This document shows, one piece after another, positions 46,400-55,526 of a stretch of 55,526 nt of DNA; positions within the stretch are counted from its first letter, which is position 1; every line of letters begins with the position of its first letter. The notes beneath the pieces were generated by a model that searched no databases, was not told where the DNA came from, and worked only from the letters and a program-made list of their open reading frames with translations. Location of the stretch: assembly GCA_038087875.1 (NCBI GenBank), contig JAXLNO010000297.1, forward strand, positions 62,001 to 117,526. Direction: 5' to 3'. The position numbers were made by a program, and so were the translations under genes. This stretch comes from Malacoraja senta (Eukaryota).

Positions 46400-49300
46400 G
46401 GCGCTATGGAGGCTTGAGTCCAGTGCCAACTAGCTCCGTGCCGAAGAATCTAAAAAAGGGAGAAAATCGGGTCTTACCTGCAGCGATCGCGATCTGAACG
46501 GCTGCCTGCCGCGTGACGTCATCAGGCGCGCGACTTTGACGGTATGTCGATACAACGTACCCCCCCCCGTACGACAAAAAAAAACGTTAAAGGGAAACCA
46601 CCGATGGAAGAGGAAGGCCTAACTGAGGCCTCGGCCTCAGTTACAATGATGGCCCAGGAAGACCCTCCGAAGAAATCAAAGCAGAAAAAGTCTGAAATGG
46701 ATGATCTTAAAACTTTTCTCGCTGCCGAGTTGAAAACCTTTGGAGAGAATTTTAAAGAGGAACTTAAATCTTTTAAGGTAGATTTTAAAGCAGAAATGCT
46801 TTCTACCGTTCAAGAAATACTGGAAGTCTGGAAGAGGTCGAGGGAAGAAGAGGTCAAGGAACAGATGGAAGTGCTGGAAGCCAGGCTTGTTTCGGTGGAA
46901 GCGAACGTTAAAATGGAGGTGGCCCCCATTCATCAAGCACTTGATCAACATAGAACAGCGATAACCGAACTTGAGAAATGGGCGGCGACAAGTGAGGAAA
47001 CTGTAAGTCGACTCCTCATTGAAAACCAACGCCTCTCCGGTATGGTGATCAAATTAAGTGATAAATACCGATTTGGAGGGGCGTCAAAGACGTAAGAATC
47101 TAAGAATTGTAGGGGAGAAAGAAGGAAGTGAGAGGGAAATGGGCCCTCGGGATTTTGTGGCAGACCTACTACAAAAAGCCTTAAAATTGGATCAAAAACC
47201 TTCACTCGGTCGAGCTCATAGAGCGCAGCGACGTCGTACACAGGATGATGCCCATCCAAGACAAATTATCGTAAAGGTGCAACTGGATCATGAATTTGAC
47301 GAGATAATGAAGAAAATCGTCCGAAGCGGACAGCTCTATTTTGAAGGCGGGAGGTTCAGTATTTACCGAGATTATCCAGCAGAGGTCTTCAAGAAAAGGG
47401 CGCTGTTCACTGAGACAAAAAGAAGAATGTACCTGATTTGAGATACGGCTTGCTTTACCCCACAAGACTAAGAGTCACCTACAAGAACAAGGAGCAATTT
47501 TTTACAGACCACGAAAAAGCACTGGAATATGCCAAAGAAATCGGGAACGTGACCACAGACTGAAGAATTTACATTACTCCTCAGGAGTTAAGGATTAACG
47601 GGACCGCCAGATCTAAAAGGACCTTTAAAGTTCTTTTAAGAGCTTTAAGGACATTCGAAAACAGCAATGGACGGTGGACATTGGAGAAAACCGTGGGTTT
47701 TTTTTGTTTTTTTTTGTTTGTTATTAATCACTATTATTATTTGTATATTCATATCTAACTATATATGTAACTACTAATACTTATTAAATATCTATATTAC
47801 TACTAAAATTATTAACATTTATATTACTCATAAAAATTTAATACTGGGTATGATTGATAACAATGATTAATAACTAACAGTCTTTGGTTAACGTAGAAAT
47901 GAGTTACATTATGCAAGAGGTAATTCAGACTACGTTTGACGGTTTTTCTCTTTATTTTTCAATTTAAAATTAAATTTATAGATTAAGCGAAGATATTAAT
48001 ATGATATGTATGTATGTATATGTGTATGTATGTGTGTGTGTATGTATGGGTATGTATATATGTTTGTTACTCCCAAAGAAGTTATTTGATTGTCAGAAAT
48101 AATCTTTTTTTTCTCGGGCACGGAGCTGGGAATTTTTTTTTTTACAAAGGCTACGGAAGTCTTTAGAATTCTAGCCACGTTAGTGTGGCTATCACTAACT
48201 ACACTAATTGTAGATGTAGTTTTTTTTCTTTCACCCTATACTAACCAATTCTATCACTTTATTCACTTTAAATATTTTTATAACTTAATGTTTGAATGGA
48301 AAAACAAGACTAATACAAGGAGATGTGTTCGGAAGAGCGATGTATATGACTTTAAATTCATCTATTTGAGGTTCGGGAGCAGGGTCAGGTTTTATGTGTT
48401 GCACCTTCTGCTCGGTTATAGACCACCTTAGAAACAATATGCAAGATGTTAATATGACAAGAGGGGGTCAGGGAATAACATTTTGTAGTTGGAATGTCAA
48501 GGGAATCAATGAACCAATTAAGAGAGGTAAAGCCTTGGCACATCTAAATTTAATCAAAACAGATATAATATTCCTTCAAGAAACACACCTTAAAAGGGAA
48601 TCTCAACATAGACTTAAAGCTAAGTGGATCGCTGAATCATATCATTCCTCTTTTTCCCATAAGTCCAGAGGAGTTGCAATATTAATTCGTAAAGGAATAC
48701 CTTTTACGAATTCATCAACAATAGCGGATATTGATGGTAGATATATTATATTAGTTGGAGAGTTAAATGGAGAAAAAGTGATTCTTCTTAATGTATATGG
48801 GCCTAATTTTGATAACCCTATGTTTTTTAATAAAACATTTAATAAAATTCCTGAATTTACACGATATAAATTAATAATTGGAGGAGACTTCAATTGTACA
48901 TTAGATTCATACTTAGATAGATCATCAAGGCAAAAAAAAGTAAAATCTCAATCAAGTGTATTTCAAAATTCATTTATTAATACCACTAATATTAAGGATG
49001 TCTGGAGAATTGAAAATCCAACTGGACGGGAATATTCATTTTACTCACCATTACATAAAACATACTCAAGAATAGATTATTTTTTAGTTGACTCCACGTT
49101 TATCCCATTTACTTATAACTCAAAATACCATAATATTATAATCTCAGATCACGCACCTGTAACATTCATGATTAAATTAAATGGAATGTCCGAGAGACAA
49201 ACATATTGGAGATTTAACCCACAAATCTTGAACGAAAGATCATGCCAGGAATATATTACTAAACAGATTCAAATATTTTTTGAGGTAAATGACAACCCTG

Positions 49301-49720
49301 ACACACCTACTTCTCTTATGTGGGAAACGTTTAAAGCGTTTGTTCGAGGTGCATTAATTTCTGCTCAAGTATTTTATAATAAAGAGAACAGGATTAAACA
49401 ACAAACATTGGAAAGTGAAATCAAGCAACTAGATATAGAAAATGCGAGAATGCCATCTATTTTAAAACATAATAAAATTGCTGTATTGAAATACAAATTA
49501 AATAAAATGTATTCAGAACAAGTAATAAAACTTTATCAAAAAACCAAACAATTACATTTTGAATTTGGAGACAAACCACAAAAACTATTAGCACGTCAGT
49601 TACGAAAAATGGAAGGGGAAAAAATAATTCATAAAATTAGAACAGAGACAGGAGAATTATTAAAAAATGCCCAAGGATATAAATGAAAGATTTCTCCAAT
49701 ACTATAATAATCTTTATTCA
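46400..49720 (+). mobile_element. 5' half of a different L1 family (L1-B): 5' UTR, ORF1, long spacer, ORF2 endonuclease; 3'-truncated
   Basis: ORF1 at ~46544-47563 (coiled coil, DLEGRQRRKNLRIVG, IYRDYP). ORF2 at ~48439-49686 (SWNVKGIN, LQETH, GGDFN, SRIDY, SDHAP). No RT and no poly-A. Confidence 0.9.
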
Positions 49721-51423
49721 AAAAATGGACCCGTGCGGTAATGGCACGGGGCCTGGCTCCCTCCGGGGGTTGCGGTCGCAGGATCCGGTGTGCCCGATCG
49801 ATAATCACCTTGGACTGGAAGTTGTCGTCTCCAAGAAGTTTCGGTATCAGAGCCTCGATGAATTCCGTCGGTTTACCCCCTTCCTCTAGCTCAGGTATGC
49901 CGATAATTTTAATATTATTGCGGCGTGACCGACCCTCGAGGTCCTCCACCTTGAGTTTGAGTGCGCTGTTCTCATCCTTCAGGCCGGAAAATGACTTTTC
50001 CAGGAAGCTAATACGGCTTTCTTGGTCCTGCACCTGCTCCTCAATAAACTCTACCTTCTCCAACAGTTCCTTTTGGGAGCTTTGTACTGCCTGAAGAGTA
50101 TGCTCCAACTTGTCAAACCTGACATTAATGTGTTTGAGTATCTTATCGGAGACCTTCTCCCAGATCAGCAGCAAGTCATCGACGTCGTCACCACCTGTAA
50201 CTTGACCCGGAGCTCGACTGGGGGAGCTGCCGCTAGCATTGCTAGCATTAACATTAGCTGAAGCTAGTCGGAGCAACTCAGTGTCTTTAGACTTCTTGTG
50301 AGGCATGACGTCCCAAAATCAATTAGCCGGACCTCTACTGTGTCAGGAAAGTTCCCGAGGCAGGTGAAAAAAAAAAAAGCGAGACTATAAAAATACCAAA
50401 TATAAAGACTGGCACGGAGGAGCCTCTGGAAGCACGTCTACTCCATGCGCTGCTCACTAGCGCCCCCTCGCAGGATAGTTCTTCTGATTCCTGTTTTCGT
50501 TATTCCTTCTCAAGGAGCTTATAGCTAACCCATCCACGTCGGGTTTTCTCAGCATACGGTCCATCACCTTAGCTCCAAACAATCTATATAGGTTCCAATG
50601 CCTTCAAAACATTCGTTCTGATAAGTAGATCAACATTAGAATTTATTTCAGATATTTTGTCATCCTTCAGGTAAGGCCATTGTTTCAAGTCTGCATGTCT
50701 TGGTATATTTTGACAACCAACAGGCATGATTCCATGCGTAAACACTTCAGATATTGGTTTAAAATTATCTTCATCCAGACTGGATATCTCCATACTTGTA
50801 ATCTAATGACTCATGCTCTCTTAATCTTTAGTCATGGTATGCAATCGAATCTTAGTCTCTTCTGTGATGTTCAGCCTTCTCGTCAGGTTTTCTGTGCAAA
50901 AGGTAGTCAAACTTCCGTGATCCAAAAAAGCATATGTTTGCAACACTGTATTCGTCTTACTATTCCTTACCTGTACTGGTAAGATAAAGAAGATACTAGC
51001 TTCAACCCCGGCCCCAATATGAGCAGTTACGTGAGGCGCGGTGATAGCATCACTATTAGTTGGCTTCTCCTTCTGTTCTGTTTGCACCGGTTCCTCCTCT
51101 TCTATTTGTTATGGTAGTTCTTCTATTTGTTCCGGTTCTTCCTCTTCCCAATGCTCTGGTGGATTCTTTACAGTGTGAAGTGCTTCAGGATGATATTGCC
51201 TGTATTTATAACAAATTATAGGACTCCTACAATCTCTCACCACATGTCCTTTTTTCAAACTTCCTTCTCTTTCAAGAAATCCATCTTTTCTTTGTATTCC
51301 TTCATCTTGAATCTTTGACACCATCTTATGGTGTGACCAACTTCATCACATAACAAACAAAATCCAATTTGCTTGCTAGTAGATACATCTCTTTTCATCC
51401 CATCTGTCGTCTCCACTGGTATG

Positions 51424-54400
51424 TGTAAAATGACTTGGTTCCTACACAGAGTCTTTTACTGATGGTTTATTATAATCACTAACACACACTATGCAATAGC
51501 TGTCCGTGGTCATCACTGGAGCTAGAGAGCGAGCTGGAGGTGGGGACCTTACAATTATACGAGAGACAATGGGGAGTGGTTAGTAGTGGTGAGGTCACTA
51601 AGTTAAAGGAACATGCACTGATCTACATCCCTCCTCTTGGAAACAAAAACATGGCAATACACAGAGCGACCACGGCTCATACGCTAGGATTACAAACCGC
51701 GCTGGGAACAGTTAATCGTGTCATAACACAGCTAAGCGAGCTCCCCGTAACGGACAGGCGGCTTGACCAACCAGCCAGAGCGGGTGCGCAACCCGCATTC
51801 CCCCTCAACCGCAGGAGCAGAAGGGACAGAGTCAGGGAAAGAGGTGGGAGAGCCGGGCGGGGAACGAACCGGAGACGGAGGAGAACAGCGAGGGGAAACG
51901 GGCACGCTGGCAGGCAAAGCAGGGGAAAGAGGCTTGTGAGCGCGGGTCATAGAGAGCTGGGAGGGCAGTTTCCGCGACATGCGAGGAGTGACAGGGGCTG
52001 GCGGAGCCTCGGGCAGAATGGAAGGGATAGGTGGCTGAAACGGGTCCGCGGGAGGCGGAGGAGGCTCGTTGACGAGCAGGAGGTGCTGGCGTGACCGACG
52101 GTAGATAGCGCCCTCATAGTCGACGAGGTATGACCGGGGAGAGCTGGCATTACCAACCACTACGGCCAGCCTGTAGTGCCCGGAGGGGGACTGCATCCGA
52201 ACCACCTGGCCCGGGAACAGGCAAGGAAGCGGCCGGGCCGACTTGTCAAAGGAGCGCTTCTGGATGGCTTTCTTCTCGATGATGCGCTCTGTGACAGCAG
52301 CAGGGTTCTGGACCCAGGGTTTGAGGGACTGTTGCGAGACAGGGAGAGGTGGTCTAGTGGTGCGGGACATGAGGCGTTGGGCAGGTGAACCGAGCGCGGG
52401 GTCGCGGGAAATGTTGCGGAGGTTGAGGAGGGCAAGGTAGAAGTCGGAATGTGAAAGGCGGCAGCGTTCCAGCAGCTCCTTGGCACTGCGGACGGTGCGT
52501 TCCGCAAGGCCGTTGCTCTGCGGACACTCAGGGCTGCTGGTGATATGGTGAAAGTTCCAACGGGCAGCGAAGGCACGGAACTCGGCGCTGGAGAACTGGC
52601 TGCAGTTGTCCGATTGGAGGGTCACCGGGGGTCCGAAGGTGCAAAAGTGGTGGCGAAGCTTTCCGATGACGGTGGCAGAGGTGATGGAAGGCAGCTGATC
52701 CACCTCAAACCAACTGGAGTATGAGTCCACCAGGACCAGGAAATGCTTGCCACGCCATTCGAAAAGGTCCGTGGCAACATACATCCACGGTAGCTCGGGG
52801 GCCGGCTGCTGCAGGAGGGGCTGGCGCTGCTGATGAGGCAGGAGACTGTTACAGGCAGCGCAAACAGAGACCCTGTCACGGATGTCCTGAGCCATACCTG
52901 GCCAGTAGAATTGGCTCTGGGCCTGGGACAAAGTGGCCTCCACCCCGGGGTGGCCATTGTGTGCAGTTTGAAAATAGTGATCCCGCAGAGCGGCCGGCAC
53001 CACGACCTTGTGACCCTTCACCACCACGCCGTCGTGTAGCACTAGTTCATCACGAACCAGGAAGTAGGGCACAGCACCAGCCGGCAGGGAAGAGCGTCGG
53101 TTAGGCCAACCACGGCGGATAACGTCCGCAAGTTGTTGCAGGGCAGGATCATCAGCAGTGTGTTTGACCAGGGACTGCATCTGCTGGGATGGAACAATGT
53201 TAACATTCAGTACCATCAGGTCAGAGGATTCGTACGGGTGACGGGCAACTGAAGGGAGCGGCGCACGGGACAATGTGTCTGCCACAAACATAGCTTTGCC
53301 CTTGCGGTACACAATCCGGAACGTGAAACGCTGGAGCTGCAGCATCATCCGCTGCAACCGGGAAGAGGCGACATGGATAGGCTTGTTCAGAATAGTGACC
53401 AGTGGCTGGTGGTCAGTCTCAATGGTGAAGGTGTTGCCCAGAATGTAATCCCTAAACTTGGAGCAGGCGAACACCACGGCAAGTAGCTCCTTCTCGATCT
53501 GTGCATAACGTTGCTCGGCAGGGGTCATGGTGCGAGAAGCGTAGGAGACAGGTAGCTGCAGGCCGTCATAAAGCTGCAGACATGCGGCACCGAGACCGAA
53601 CTTAGAGGCATCACAAGTGAGGACAATTGGTCTGTGCAGATCGAAGAACTTGAGAGTCGGTGTGTGTGTGAGCTTGGACTTCTGAGCCACGAACGCCGAC
53701 TGGTGATGCGGGAGCCAGACCCATGCGGAGTCCTTCTTGATCAGCTCCCTCAGGGGAGCACTCAGTTCGCTGAGGTCAGGCACGAACTTCCCCAGGTAAT
53801 TGACCAGGCCCAGGAAGCGCTGCAGGCCGGGAACGTCAGTAGGAGCGGGCATCTCGGTGACTGCTGATGTTTTCTGGGGGTCAGGCTTTAAACCCCCTGC
53901 CGTGAAAACGTGACCAACGTAAGTGACTTCCGGGACCCGGAACCGACACTTCTTGGGGTTGAGCTTGAGATTGATTTTACGAGCCTGTCCAGGACTTTGC
54001 GGAGGTGCAGGTCGTGCTCAGCGACGTCCCTCCCGTACACCAGGATGTCATCCACGATGATAGCGCACGGCAACCCAGCGAACAGCTGTTCCATGGTGCG
54101 CTGGAAAACCTCACTAGCCGAGTTGATCCCGAACGGCATACGGAGGAAACAGAACCTGCCGAAAGGTGTGATGAAGGTGGTCAGGAATGAGGAACGTTCA
54201 TCTAAAGGGATCTGCCAAAATGAGCTTTTGGCGTCTAAGACAGAGAAGACACTGGCAGGACCGACCTGTGCAGCGACGTCCTCCACCGTCCGCATGGGGT
54301 AGTGCGGGCGCTTGATGGACAGGTTCAGGTCCTTTGGGTTAATGCAGATCCGGATCTCGCTCTTATCCTTCTTGGCAGCGACAACCATGTTTGAGACCCA

Positions 54401-55526
54401 CCTGGTGGGAGCGCTCACCTCCTTGAGGATGCCCATGGTCACCATATCACGCAGAGTAGATTCCACGCGGCCCTTCATAGCAAAGGAGACGCGGTGGGCC
54501 GGTCGAACCACCGGGTCGACACTCGGGTCGACAACGATTTTATAGTCACAGGGCAATTTGCCCAAAATGTCATCAAAACGGTCGGGGTATTCGCCCAGGG
54601 GGTCCATGGGGGCCTGCACCAGGTGAATTCCGCGGTGGAAAGAAACCAAGCCAAGGTCCTGGCACGCACGGGCGCCCAACAGGGTGACTGTCAGAATCCA
54701 GCAGGTGGAAGGTGAGGGGCCGAGAGGTCTCAAGGACTGTGCAGATAAGCGTGGCCTTCCCCACTGGAACTAGAACTCCTCCCGCATAGACATGAAGGCG
54801 GGTGTCATCGGGAGTAACTATCTCCCCAGATCTTATCCGCTTGAAAAGGCTGACAGACATAACATTTGCAAAGGCACCAGTATCGACCTTGGCAAAGAAT
54901 GAATGACCATTTACAGTAACATGCACAGAGGGATCTGTTATCGTAGCAGGTGCACCCAAAAGCAAAAACACCGTTGAATCACCATGGGAGGAGCTCCTAT
55001 CAAAGTCCGACTGGTACTGATAACCAAGCGCGCTATCAGGGTCTGCAAGGTTGTTTAAATTCCTCCTTGGAGCAGAGACCGGCTTATCACGGGACCGACA
55101 AGCCGCCGAAAAGTGGTTCAGTTTGCCACAGGAATTACAAGTCTTACCCTGCGCGGGGCAAACGTTGAATTGGTGGAAAGAAAAATTACAATTGGGGCAA
55201 CGGCGTGGGGTGACAGCGGGCATTGCGGTGGGGTTTCGTCGTGGCGGACCAGCGTTCCGCCGGCGGCCAGCTGCACCGGTAAAGTTAATGTCCTGGAACA
55301 CCGGTTGAGACACGGAGCTGACAGCAGAGGTCATACGAGCGGCATGCATAGCCTCCCTTAGTGTCAAATCAGGTTTCATAAGGAGCTCGTCACGCGGCTT
55401 AGCGTTCAGGAGACCATTGACCAGGACATCCCTGATCAATTCGTCCGTGGAGATTGTTTCAAGGCGACAGCGCCGAGCCATATGACGCAAAGAGGCAATA
55501 AAAGCGTCAATATGCTCGCCGGGATT
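51424..55526 (-). mobile_element. Gypsy LTR retrotransposon extending beyond the window; 3' LTR 51424-51627
   Basis: PPT AAGAGGAGGGA, then an LTR with TGTA...TACA termini. gag-PR-RT-RH-IN order. Confidence 0.92.
51732..55526 (-). pseudogene. Gypsy gag-pol with about 2 frameshifts
   Basis: CNSCGKLNHFSAAC, KVDTGA, LDAKSSFWQ, MPFGI, IVDDILVYG, CDASKFGLGA, HNGHPG...CAAC, ATDLF, SDN, SNGLAE. Confidence 0.92.

Larger units (their letters stand above)
41499..50469 (-). mobile_element. Full-length L1-clade LINE (L1-A) carrying an internal insertion
   Basis: 14-bp TSD GCAGGATAGTTCTT (41485-41498, 50470-50483) and an A-rich tail. ORF1 at 50306-49721 and 46399-45941; ORF2 at ~45540-41784. Confidence 0.92.
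39810..51423 (-). mobile_element. Degraded BEL/Pao LTR retrotransposon (pieces ~39810-41498 and 50470-51423)
   Basis: Protease TYAFLDHGS.TTFCTE, RT NNFDMDDCLKS..GGFTLSKWIS, ENPADDVSR, VLPDFKGLVRS. PPT aattagggggtcggta, then LTR start TGT at 40262. The LTR end is approximate. Confidence 0.8.

Noticed and set aside
51540..55361. Plus-strand ORFs overlapping the Gypsy pol
   Set aside because: Antisense shadows of a GC-rich coding sequence with no motifs of their own.

Overview
Eukaryotic, transposon-saturated genomic DNA. The repeat repertoire (CR1 with SGNH ORF1, HE1/V-type tRNA SINE, Penelope, Rex1, fish-type L1, DIRS) points to a cartilaginous fish, probably a skate or ray; this is inference. 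No host protein-coding gene can be named; only one or two candidate minus-strand exons are visible. Most of the window is nested mobile elements whose ends can be read from target-site duplications (TSDs): a complete DIRS1 (2418-7210), an internally deleted Vingi/Ingi LINE, a near full-length CR1 split by a spliced hAT, a Gypsy and a Rex1, a Penelope split by a Helitron, and a BEL split by a composite L1 and truncated by a Gypsy. The most notable signal is a ~137-nt non-coding retroelement present twice with 11-bp TSDs (18560-18697, 39532-39667). Its first 54 nt fold into a canonical minimal HDV-like ribozyme, followed by a hairpin domain and an (AAG)n tail. Folds and family assignments were made by eye, with no database searches.
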